Below, piece by piece: positions 39,198-51,125 of a stretch of DNA of 56,852 bases. Made by a program: the position numbers and the translations under genes. Each line of letters begins with the position of its first letter. Position 1 is the first letter of the stretch. The notes below the pieces were generated by a model that was given only the letters and a program-made list of their open reading frames with translations, was not told the DNA's origin and searched no databases. The DNA lies in NCBI GenBank assembly GCA_043228905.1, contig JBHGNT010000187.1, positions 1 to 56,852 on the forward strand. The letters are read 5' to 3'. Source of the stretch: Azolla caroliniana. Taxonomy: Eukaryota; Plantae; Polypodiophyta.

Positions 39198-42100
39198 AGA
39201 CCCTCAACACCAATTCCATCGTACACGTCTTGCGGAGGTTCCTTGACAACAGGAAAATGACCAAGTCCGGCTGTAGTAGGAGCCATGCCGTTGGACGCTT
39301 CCCGTTACTCACCTTCTCCATGCTCCTACAAGTCTGTACCGCCATTAGGAGGGTTTTCTTTGCAAGTAAGTCTTTTTTTGGTTCGACTTCAATACATTCT
39401 CATGCTTTGCTCGACTCCAGAGCATCTACTTGCTTTATCGATAAATCGTTTGTATGCGCACATAATATCCCCACCATCTGCACATCACAACCCATATCCA
39501 TTGAAGCGATCGACGGTCGGGTTCTCTCGTCAGGGGCGGTTACCGAAGCCACTATCCCGTTGGTACTTCAAATCGGGGCACACCAGGAGGAACTAACTTT
39601 CTACCTCATCGCGACTCCCCGACATCCGATTGTGTTGGGGCTATCTTGGTTGGAGACACACAATCCGACGGTGGATTGGTGTAGCTGCTCCATCACTTTT
39701 CCTGCCAATTCCTGCTCGGTCACGACACTCTCTTGATTCTGTTACGGTCCAGTCCGGTTTGGTCGCTACACTGGCCGTTGTGTCGGGAAACGTCATCGTT
39801 CCTGCCACCAATTTACCCATCCGATATAGCGACTTTTCCAACATCTTCGAAAAGCGGAATGTCGATCGGTTACCAACTCATCGTCCCTACGATTGCTCAA
39901 TCAAACTCCAACCTGGCGAGCATCCCCCATTCGGTCCTATCTATGGGTTATCCGAACCTGAACTATTTGGCTGAGAATCTCGCGAAGGGCTTCATTCAAC
40001 CCTCCAAATCACCGGTTGTGGCACCAATCTTATTTGTCAAAAAAAAGGACGGCTCCTTACACTTATGTGTGGATTATTGGGGTCTCAATAAAGTTACAGT
40101 ACGTAATCGTTACCCCTTGCCCTTAATTCCAACGCTCCTCGATTGACTCAGAACGGGGCATATCTTCTCCAAAATTGACCTTCGGGGCACCTACAATTTG
40201 GTGCGCATTAAGCCTGGGGACGAGTGGAAAACGGCTTTTCGAACGCGTTATGGACATTTCGAGTACAAAGTGATGCCTTTTGGCCTTACCAATGCTCCGG
40301 CCGTTTTCCAGCACATGATGAATGATATTTTTTGAGAGTTTCTCGATCATTTCGTGGTCATCTACCTTGACGACATCCTAGTTTTTTCTTCCAACTTGGA
40401 GGAGCACACACACCACGTCCGGCTAGTTCTCACCAAACTCTGAGAATATGGGCTCTTCGCCAAAAGTGAGAAATGTGAATTTGATCATACCTCTGTTGAA
40501 TTCCTATGTTACATGATCTCACCTACCGGGATCACAATGGATGAACGCAAGTTCGCGGTAATCACTGATTGGCCTCTTCCGACTTGGCTAAAAGAGGTAC
40601 AATCGTTTCTTGGTTTTGCAAATTTTTATAGACGATTTATAGACGGGTTCTCTTCCCTAGTCCAACCTCTCATCCAACTTACCCGGAAAGATACTCCATT
40701 TCATTGGACCCCCTCAACACACAATGCTTTTAATGCCCTCAAAGCAGCTTTTCTCTCCGCCCCCCTGTTAGTCCACCCCGACCCCACCCGCCCTTTCCAG
40801 GTTGAAACCAACGCCTCCGACTTTGCCATAGGTGCGGTCTTGTCCCAACCCGATGACAACGACACCCTACATCCGGTCGCCTTCTACTCTCAGAAGTTTA
40901 CAGCCCCGACAATCAATTATCCGATCTACGACAAGGAGTTTGCAACTATCATCTCGGCCTTCGCTGAATGGCGACCCTATCTGGCTGGGGCGTAACATCG
41001 TATTCAGGTGGTGACCGACCACAAGAATCTCATCTACTTCACCACCACTCGTACGTTGAATCGGAGGCAGGCTCGCTAGTCATCTTTTCTTGCCGACTAT
41101 GACTTCGAAATCTTGTTTCGACCCGACGTTCAACATGGGAAAGCGGACGCTCTCTCTCGGCGACCCAGGTGACGACGCTTATTCTCAGCAATCACATTGT
41201 TTATTGCGGCCCGATCAACTCCACATGTTCGCAACCTATATGTTGCACGCTGATTCCTTGCTCAACGAGATTGCCCAAGCAACCACGTCGTACCCTTTCA
41301 CTACTGACATCATGGCGCACCTCAACAACCCATCCCAGGAAAGGCAAAGCTCGGATCTCAGTCACTTTACAACTCAGGATGGGCTACTCTATCATAATCA
41401 CCTCCTTTACGTACCAGTTGGCCCATGTCGCCTCAGAGTTCTTTAAACTTGCCATGATGATCCTCTTGTCAGACACTTTGGGGTCGCCAAAACGCTGGCA
41501 TTGCTTTCTCGGGGGTTTTGGTGGCCTCAACCTTGGAAATTGGTCAAAGAATTTATCAAAACTTGTGACGTCAGTGCTCATTCCAAAGCGGCTCACCATC
41601 GTCCATACGACCTTCTACACCCACTTCCAATCCCCAATCGACCTTGGGCTTCTCTCTCTATGGACTTTATCACCAACCTTCCTCGAATCGATGATCATGA
41701 CACAGTGCTAGTGGTCGTCGATCAGTTTTCGAAGATGGCTCACTTTGTCCCATGTTTGAAAACCATTTCGGGGGAGGAGACAACTACCATTTTTCTGTAA
41801 AATGCCGTCCATTTACACGGTTTGCCTGAGGATATCACTTTTGATCGAGGTCCTCAATTTATCTCCCACTTTTGGCGCCGACTTCTACAGACATTCGGGA
41901 CTTCTGTGAACTTGTCAACCGCGCACCACCCTCAAACGGATGGCCAAACCGAAAGAGTCAACCAAATCCTCGAACAATACCTCCAGTGTACAGTTAGCTA
42001 CCAACAAGACGATTGGGTGGACCTCCTTGCCATGGCGAAATTTGTCTACAATAACAGTATCCATGCCTCAACTAAGGTTTCTCCATTCTTTGCAAATTAC

Positions 42101-42756
42101 GGTTTCCACCCTCGGTTCAACATTTCCATTCCGGAGATATCCATCAATCCGTCAGCCGAGAAGCATGCCCACACCTTACAAGATGGTCATCTTTACCTCA
42201 CCCTCGAGCTCCATGCCGTTGGCAAATAGTATAAAGCTCATGTTGACTGACATTGCTTAGTCGTGCTGACCTTCACAGTCGGTGACATGGTTTGGTTGCT
42301 ACGTCGGCACATCGCAACCACTTGTCCCTGCGTGAAGCTCGACTACAAAAAGCTAGGCCCCTTCCGTATCCTCGAGCGCGTTAACCCAGATGCCTTCCGT
42401 TTATCGCTTCCCCCCACATTTTGGCTTCACAATGTTTTCCACGTCTCTCCCCTCGAACTCTCTATCATCCTTCTCGCATTCCAGGACGACAACCTCCTCC
42501 GTCGCCGCCCGTGGAATTATCGACAGGTGAGGAGTATGAGGTTGACCGGATCCTCAACTCTCACTTGCATCGAGGGAGACTTCAATACTTGGTCTTATGG
42601 AAAGGTTACCCTCTTTCGGATGCCACATGGGAACCAATTACACATTTATAAAATGCACCGGAGGCAATTCACGCTTTTCATCAATGATACCCCCATAAAC
42701 CGACCGCGGGTGTTAGGAGGCGGCCTTAGAGAGAGGATAATGTCATAGACATATGC

Positions 42757-42826
42757 CACGAAAGAAGGTAGGGATTGAACCCAATACCTCATGGTCTCTA
42801 TTGGGCAACCCTACCACTTGAGCTAT
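42757..42826 (-). other. Second copy of the tRNA-like cassette in the 3' LTR
   Basis: A box 42825-42814 and B box 42781-42771 are identical to the 5' LTR copy; ~35 bp upstream of the A box is deleted in this copy. Confidence 0.7.
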
Positions 42827-44890
42827 AGTGTAGATTGAATATTGGAAGTTCCTAGCTTGTATGTATTCTCATTTTCTAGCTTGCATGCATTCTCTATTGC
42901 ATGCATCCTCATGCGTACTCTATTGCACGCATCCTCATGCATACTCTATTTCTAGCTGGCTTACATAGCCCTACCTTCTTGTATAAATACTCATGTGCAC
43001 CTTGATTCTAATCAAGGTGAACAACACAAGTTACGGGTTCTATAAGTTGAGTTCTTGTTCTTTTACTCTCTCTTGTTCTCTACTCTTATCTTTGTTCTAC
43101 TCTATTATACTTGTCCATGACATATTTCTCATTTTAAGAATTTGATTGGGCCTGAGTTGATTATTAATGAAAAGCACGACAAGAGTTTTATAATGTTGTT
43201 TGGGTGTGTTGTGAATACAAATATTTGTCAAGAATTGGATCCTGATTTTGAAGAAGAGGAGGTGGAAAAGGTATTGTTAAACCTTCCAAATGGTAAACGC
43301 CATGGTTGGGATAGTATTACAAATGAAGTTTTTAAAAAGTATGCTTGCATGCTTAAGAGTCCATTCATAGAAATGTTTCAACAATGTCGGGATTCTGGTT
43401 TCATGCCTGAGAGCCGGAAGGTACCATCTCTGGAGTCATTTCATCGGTGGAGGCCTATTTCATTGATGGGAGGTTTGTACAAAGTGTTTGCAAAGACATT
43501 ATCGAACACACTTAAGAAATTCTTACCTCAATTTATTCGTTCATCTCAATATGGTTTTATTGCAGGTAGAAATATATTGCATAATGTATTAAATGTTCAA
43601 ATGACTACCGATTATGCTCAACATACACATCAATGAATGATTATGGTGCAATTAGATTTGGAAAAAGCATATAATCGTGTTAATTGGTCATTTCTCTTTG
43701 GTGCGATGTACAATATAATATGAGGTTTGGTCCTCGTATGTGTCGACTTATCTTTTTGCTAGGGAAAAATGCAACATCTCGTGTGATGCTTAATGGTGGA
43801 GTTACTCCAAAAGTTTTTCTTACTAGATTCGTGCGACAAGGATGTCCACTAAGCCCATTGATATTGGCTATTGTTACACATCCTTTGTTAGTAATGTCGT
43901 CAAATCTTGCAACCAGTGGTGATATTGTGGGTTTACATCTTCCTTCTGGTGGACAATTGGTGGTATAAGCATTGGTTGATGATTCATTTATGTTTTTACA
44001 AGCCTCAAAAGAAAAACTTGAAAGGAGTATGCAATTTGGGATCAATTTGCCTTGGCTTCATGTTTGCATATACATTGGAGGAAGTCGCACCTTATTTCTT
44101 GTATAGAGAGTGATTTGGAATGTTTGGGATGGCGAGGGTCAATGATTACATGAGCATCAATTTATCAGCATTTGGGCTATCCATTGGGTGTTGATGTTTC
44201 AAATGTTCAACTGATTGATTGGATTAGTAGTAAATTGAAGGACAAATTTATGTATTGGAAGTTTCAATTATAACCCTTTCATGTACGACCCAAAGTGGTG
44301 CATTGTATCTTGATACCCATGTTATTATATTATTTACCATTACTTTCTTGGACTAAGAAGGCATTGCAAAATATGTTGCAACCTCTTTGGTTCATGTTGT
44401 GGCGGAAAGGAGAAACAATGGGAGTTACATGGATTTCATGGGACCATTTGGCTACTCCCAAACGGTTAGGTGGTGCAGCAATATTGGATTTGGAAATGCA
44501 TTTGATGGCTCATGGATTTGCATTATTATGAGATATATGTCAACAAAATCAACCATGGATATCTATGATGCAATATTTTATTGAACATGAAGGATTGGTG
44601 CATGGGAAAACAAAGATTCAAGCATAGTGGTGGCCATTACTCAATGGATGTATTCCTCTGAAGATTTGACATTCTATATGTGGACAACAATTGGTAAGAT
44701 CATAACAAGATGTATTATCTTTTTTTGCGTGGGCACCATCAAGTGATCGAGAAATTTGTAATTCATTACAAAATGAATTGCTTGTTTCTTCTCAAGTGTT
44801 GTTTTGGCATGGAAAAGAGAAGTTGAGATCTCAATTCAATATTGTTTATTTTGATTGGGGGTTGTACATTTGGGAGATGTGGTTGATGAT

Positions 44891-46605
44891 TGTTGAGTGA
44901 CAAGCTCAATATGGGCCAGATCGGCTGAAGAAGCAGAGAGCTAGATCGAACAAAGGTCGATCGACTAAGCCCGAATTGGCTGAAGAAGCTGAGAACCGGG
45001 TCGAACAAAAGTAAATTGGCTAGGCCCGAATCAGTTGAATAAGTTGCAAGCCGAATTGGCTCCTCGACTGAATCGGATGGAGCCTAAATGCCTATTTTAG
45101 TAAATAGGCCTATTATAAGCTAATTAGTGTCAAGCTCAGTTGATGAGCATTGAAGTACTTGTTAGCCCTCTATTAGGGCTTGTATAAAAAATGCTCGTTG
45201 AGCACATTGTGCACTGAGTATTATTTTTGCAATAAAAGTTGTGTTCTCTCGATGCACAAAAGCTTATGAAGGCATTGGAAAAATTTTGCATGCATACTAA
45301 ATTAAGTGTCAATAGCTCTAAAACAAAGATTATGCTTGTGAAGAGCCAAAAAAGAGATAAACCATGCATTATGTACAACAATGAGCCACTTGAATGTGTG
45401 GAAAGCTTCAAATATCTTGGCCTTGAAGTTCCTTCAAATCATAGATGGAATGAATGTGCTACACGCCGCTTAGAGGCGGGCAAACGAGCATACTATGCAT
45501 TTGAGAACACATGCAAACTTGGAGATATTAAGTGTTGGGTCCTCAAGAAATATCTTTTTGACACTTTGGTGACACCAGTTCTTTTCTATGGGGTGGAAGT
45601 ATGGGGCGGTAGCATCCCTAAGTCTATGTGGAAAGAGTTTGAAAATGTCCAAAAGCATTTTCTTACCAAGTTTCTACAAGTTAAGAAACAAACGCCCTAC
45701 ACCCTCCTCCTCCTTGAGACGGGATCGCTTCCCATTGAGATCATGGCCATGGAAAGGGTTGTTGAATACATGCTTAAGGTTCAAAAAAGTCCCTCACATC
45801 GACTTCCTAGAATTGCGTGGGAAGCAAGCAAAAAGATCCAAAAGACGCATAAAAGCAAAATTTTGTGTTCCGGTTGGATGCAAGATATAGAAAAATGGTT
45901 TGGTAGATGGGATGCGAGACACTTGCTTCATGATGCATCATTAGATTCCTCTGTAAATGAGGCATTTTTGCAACGCCAATGTATCATGACATGGGACAAA
46001 TGTGGAGGCTCACGCTTCACACATTATACTACACATGTTGCACCTAACTACAAAACCATATTCTTTGCGGAACGGGGAAATCGTACACATCCATACATGT
46101 TAGAGCCCATACCGTTATCTGCCATTCGAACCATTGCTTCCATGCGACTTAGCTCACATGCATTGCGATGTGAAACAGGGCGTTGGGGTACAAGTGATGA
46201 GAGTGGTCGGCTATGCACACTTTGCCCTAACAAGTTCGCGAGTCTGAGTATCACACTTTGATACAATGCTCTGCCTTTGATCATATTCGACCATGCTTTC
46301 CACATCTCTTCGATCGAGCCCAATCTTTGCATGAATTCCTCTCACAACCACAATGTGCACTCTCGATTGCAACATTCATTGGTAAAGTTCTTGAACATCG
46401 AGAGTCACTACTCACTTTCACACGTATCACGTGAAATGTAATATTTTTGGTCTCATAGGTCATATTTGATCTCCGAAGACGATAATATAATCTATCTATC
46501 TATCTATCTCCTAGTCTATGTTCTATCTGTCTGTTTCTGTTTTCGGTTCTCCGATCGAGCTAGTTGTGTTCACACATAACACTTCCACACACACAATCTT
46601 TTATA
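44891..46605 (+). mobile_element. Solo LTR (~455 bp net) inserted in the L1 and itself interrupted by an RTE-X-like LINE
   Basis: TGTTGAGTGACAAGCTCAA...TTTTATA (CA>TA), TSD ATGAT/ATAAT; removal restores L1 DVVDD|ESQRLSEF; TATA at ~45183 and AATAAA at ~45231. Confidence 0.8.
45251..46510 (+). mobile_element. 5'-truncated, recent RTE-X-like LINE
   Basis: Long open frame with KLSVNSSKTKIM, FKYLGLEV, YGVEVWG, RLSSHALRCETGRW and CTLC..EYHTLIQC (one frameshift ~46230); short 3' UTR and (TCTA)n tail at 46491-46508. Confidence 0.85.
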
Positions 46606-47222
46606 ATAATGAATCTCAAAGGTTGTCGGAATTTGAAGATGTGAAACAATGGTTATGTATTCCCCCAAATTATAGATTTATTTGGGAAAAATTACAAGAT
46701 ATACCATTGTTGCATGGATCATTGCAATTGAAAACAAATGTTGCACCTTGGGTGGATTGACGGTTATAGGATGGAACACGCTTGGTATAGGTCACTACAA
46801 ATATAATGTATCATCATGCAATGACATCATTATCTTGGCCATCACCTAAAGCATAAAAGATATGGAATGTATCTAAGTCGAATACAAGATGGTGAAAAAT
46901 ATTACAATGTAGTTGGCATTCCCATCTGCCATTTCGTGCAAAGGTATTCATATGAAGAGTCATGATTGATGGGCTTCCATTAGGTTAACCTTAAAAAGAC
47001 GAGGACTAGGGTCAAACACTTATTTCTTTTGCACCATTCCATTGGAGGATAGTACACATAGGTTCATTAAATGTCCTATAGCATGTACCATTTGAAAGTA
47101 TTTATCGGACGTTTGGCAAGTTTCAACCCGTTGTTATTTGAGACCTCAACAATGGGTTTTTTCTCAGTATGTTCAAAATGGTTCAAATGATGAGATGGAG
47201 ATATTGTTCCAATTTTTACATT

Positions 47223-47225
<3 letters not shown>

Positions 47226-47264
<39 letters not shown>
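47226..47264. repeat. (GA)n microsatellite between the two convergent L1s
   Basis: Read directly. Confidence 0.95.
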
Positions 47265-47265
<1 letters not shown>

Positions 47266-47449
47266 ATTCATTTTCCCTTAACAAAAACTCTTAGTCTCAA
47301 AAAATAACTTCTAGTTGTTATAATACTCTAATACCACTATGTTGAATCTATATTGAATCACAATAACATGACACTACATCCCAACCATCTAATGTATAAT
47401 CATATTCCTCTAACGTTACTCCCACGATTCTCATTTATGATTATCTTCA

Positions 47450-50400
47450 TGCATTTTATTACTAGTGGGAAACCTCAAAGTGAGGTGAAAACCCACAAAG
47501 AATAAAGAACAATATACAAGTGTCAATTAGACACTAAAGAGCTTAAAAGCACTCAAAGGAAAGGTTGTAAATTTGGAGTGTGATGTCTCTAAGTTGCAAA
47601 CAATCAAATAGAGATTGCCTAATGGATTTCTTAAAGAAGCTAACTTCATGCAATTGGTTTCGATCAAAGACCTTATTATTGCGGGTTGTCCAAATGGTCC
47701 AAAGTGCCCAAAATCGTGTCCATTGGAGAAAATAGGCATTGTCGAATAGGGCGCATGGAATTTGTCCAAATATCCAAAAGTGTTTACCAAACCTTCAGCC
47801 AAGAAACTTGTGATAAAGAGATGCACTTAGTCTTTGTACAAATGTTATAGTGAATGAACAAGTCCATAATAAGTGTGGGATTGTTTCCAATCGTCCACCA
47901 CATCTTGCACAATGCGGCGAGGCTATCGATCGCTTTTGAAGATTCGACCCAGTTGGGAGCACACCCAATAAGCATCTCCATAGGAATACCTGTTGCTTAA
48001 GTGGAAGACCATAGCTCCATAAGCTTGCAAGCATGTTATTCCACCAGGACTGTGTTTTGTGTAGGTTCCATAATGCATTTGCATGTTCGTGAAACCATGG
48101 GACAAGTTGCAACAACATATACACTGAATGTGTTGTAATGTTATGCATTGGAATAACAATGTTCCCTTTTTGTAACATCCAATCCTGAATCCTGCAATCT
48201 CCATTGAGAGGTGGCACAGGTACTAAGGAAAGCACCAACTTAGTGACTTGATTCCATATAATGTGATGATGTGGCCCAAGATTATAACGACATGTCATGT
48301 CATTGAAGTGCAATAAGTGACCTTGTTCATTTACCACATCTGCAATTGATTTCAGCCCTTTCTTTGCTAAAAAATAAGCTTTCCTATGCTCTTGTTCAGC
48401 TAATGACTGTGGGAATATAGCACTCCAGTGTAAGCTTTTGAGGCGTAAAGAGTTCCCTGATTCTGAATTCCTACCTCTCCATTTTATGTGGTGCAATACA
48501 TCCTTCCAGTGCTTTAGAAGCTTTGAACTAAATGGACAACCTTTGATGTGCCCGTCAAGTTTTCCAAACACTACATCCCAATGATTAGTTTCCCATGAGC
48601 CAAATGACTTAGTTTTCAAATGATCAAACATATCAGATAGCATTCTTGCCCAAGGCAATGTTTTTTCAGAAAATTTCGGCAATAAAGTAGCTTTTCTAGC
48701 CAACATTTGCAAATGCAAATTAAGAAAATTTAGCCCTCTCTAGTGATAAAAGTCGTATACCTCAATGTGACTGCTTAGAGCACCAAAAGCTGCTTATGAT
48801 TTCAGAGTTAATCTTTTGTATCATGTGTTTCGGCCAATTAATCATGATTAAGTAATACTGCATATAAGCCATGAATATTGATTGCATTATCCTCAATCTG
48901 AGAGTGGCCACGTTGCAATCTTCCAATAGCTTAGCTTTTGTCTCACTTTTTGCAGGACCCATTCAACCTTTCTTTTCCATGTTGCATTCCATCCCAATGG
49001 ATAGCCAAGATGTCTAACCATTTCATTTGGGTGAACAACCTGACCTGGCCACAGAAGTTGATGCCAACTATATGGCGTCAAGGGTAGAAGTTTGGACTTG
49101 TTGAAGTTAACATGCAATCCAGTAGCCAATCCATACAATTTGAGGGCATCCATAATCACCCTCATATCATTTGGATTGTTTTGTGATAATGATGTATCAT
49201 CTGCATATGCTTGGGCCACGAAATTATGTTCGTCTTTCATTTGCAAACCATGAAGTTGACCAATTGATACTAGATGATCCATGTACAATAGTAGTGGATG
49301 AGTTGCGATTGCATACAACAATGCACTTACATGACAACCTTGTCGTACTAATTTGGCTAAACTCCATGAATCTGTCAATTCACCCTCAATAATGCATGAA
49401 GTTGCGCTAGACCCATAAAGCCAATAGATTACTTGAGACATTTTCGGACCAAATCCTAGTTTGACCATTGTGGCTGCCACAAAATCCCATTGGATGGTGT
49501 CAAAGGCCTTTTCAATGTCAATTTGCATGAGCAATACATCTTGTTTGGTGTATTTGGCATACTCCATTCCAATATAAGCATTAGCAATATTATCTGTAAT
49601 TTGACTTCGAGGAATGAACCCATACTTATTTACGTGTATGCATCCCAACAAAGTGTCCTTAATACGATTAGCAATTATCTTTGCAATAAGTTTGTAGATC
49701 ACTGGCATGAGAGTGATTGGTCGCCAATCCGAAAAAAATTCACACGGTTTCTTTTTGGGTATTAATTTGACCAAACCTTCTTTCCATGAGATCGGCATAT
49801 CCCATTGTTGCCAAGCATTATTTGCCATAGATAGGATTAAAATCCTTAAGAACATCCCAAAATTCTGTAATGAATTCTAACATAATACCATCCCAACCAG
49901 GCGCTTTGCCTTTCCCGAGGCCCTTTCGAGCCTCCAAGAGCTCCTCCATTGTGAATGTTGCATCCAAAGCAATAGCTTTATCAACACAAATAGTGGGTTG
50001 AACTAGTGACAAGAATGTATCTCTAGCTTGTTTAACTACATCTGTAACAATGGCATTGTTCTCAAAGATGTGAGAGAAGTGAGTTACACATTCCTTGGCT
50101 AGTTCAAGTCGGTTTGTAGCCCACAAACCATCACTAGTTTTGATGAATTTAATGGATTCCCTTTGGCGTATTAGATGAAACCTTTTGAAGAAGGATTTAG
50201 AAGAGCATCCTTTGTCTTTCAATGGAATTTGTCTTGACCTAACTTGGCCTTCTTCCAATTTATTTTTGTCATGTAGCATCAATGTGTGTTTGGCCATACA
50301 CAATGCATCCTCTTCATATAAAGTCAAAGATCTTCTATGTGCTAACTCCATTAGGGTTTGACAAGTAAATTTGGCTTGTTGAGTGTAATCTCTCTATCTT

Positions 50401-51125
50401 GAGACATACCACTTCCCATACTCTTGTATTATTGTTTGTAACCTATGTACAAAATGTACCCATGCTATATCAACATCTATGTTGACTTCTACATAAAGAG
50501 GAGGTATTATGTCATAGACCATCCTCTTGAAGAGTTCATGCTTGAGGTAACTGTTGTTAATGAGCATAAGTCTCTTCCTTTGGAGATGCACTTCATAGGA
50601 ATGATTCCCAAAATCAAGGTCTAGCCAAACAGGAGCATGATCTGACAACTGCAAAGCATGATCTATATGCATTGTACATGTGAAATTTTCATACTAACTA
50701 GCATGCAACAAATACCATCTATCAAGCCTTGCATAGTATGCGGAGTGGGTGGTGTGATGAAAGGTAAAACCAGGAACATGTGGGTGTGTCATTTGCCATA
50801 AATCAACCCAATCCAATGAGCTTTGCATATTATACCATTGACCTTGTTCCTCTCTCAACATATTTGAGTGCCCACTAGTGTTATCACTTGCATTTGGCGA
50901 GTTGTTGAAATCTCCACATATAAATGCATTTTGTGGCCATAGATAAGCACAAATGTCTTGCCAAAGTAAATCTCTATCCCTTGAGGCATCGAGGCATATA
51001 TTCCACCAAAATCATATGTCTCGCCATTTATCATGCATTGCACAACCAGCCACCTCCCATGTTGATCATTATAGGCAATTGTCGAATTTAGCTCATGTTT
51101 TATTATCATAAACACTCCAAATGAT
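47450..51125 (-). mobile_element. 5'-truncated L1-clade LINE ORF2 (APE-RT-zf), frameshifted
   Basis: GRWLVV, GIYAS, SDHAPV, KAPGWDGI, WRPITLM, DIEKAFD, RQGC, YADDT, HLGYPLG, CARCGGRLETIPHLLWTC; AATAAA at 47460-47455. Confidence 0.92.

Larger units (their letters stand above)
37452..43122 (+). mobile_element. Full-length chromodomain-bearing Ty3/gypsy (chromovirus, Tf1/Tcn1-like), inactivated by stops
   Basis: LTRs 37452-37852 and 42741-43122 with TGTCAT...ATGACA termini, TSD TATTT, PPT agagagaggataa; gag PDKFNG and CLYCGNPGHVIRHC; protease ALLDSRAS; RT YLDDIL; RNase H NASDFAIGAVL; integrase HHPQTDGQTERVNQ; GPF motif; chromodomain EYEVDRIL...YLVLWKGYPLSDATWEP. Confidence 0.96.
35334..47225 (+). 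mobile_element. Decayed L1-clade LINE (ORF1 + ORF2), interrupted by the gypsy at 37452-43122 and the solo LTR at 44891-46605
   Basis: ORF1 knuckle remnant FKCGQLGYFMVEC; APE VASWNVRG, GIYAPN, MGDFN, SRLDK, SDHLPI; RT WRPISLM, QYGFIAGRNI, LDLEKAY, VRQGCPLSP; PKRLGG; zf-RVT FCTIPLEDSTHRFIKC. Confidence 0.88.

Noticed and set aside
47226-47264. Microsatellite-targeted insertion of both L1s at the (GA)n tract
   Set aside because: The plus-strand L1 appears truncated there and the minus-strand L1 ends ~190 bp away; no matching repeat at the opposite ends.
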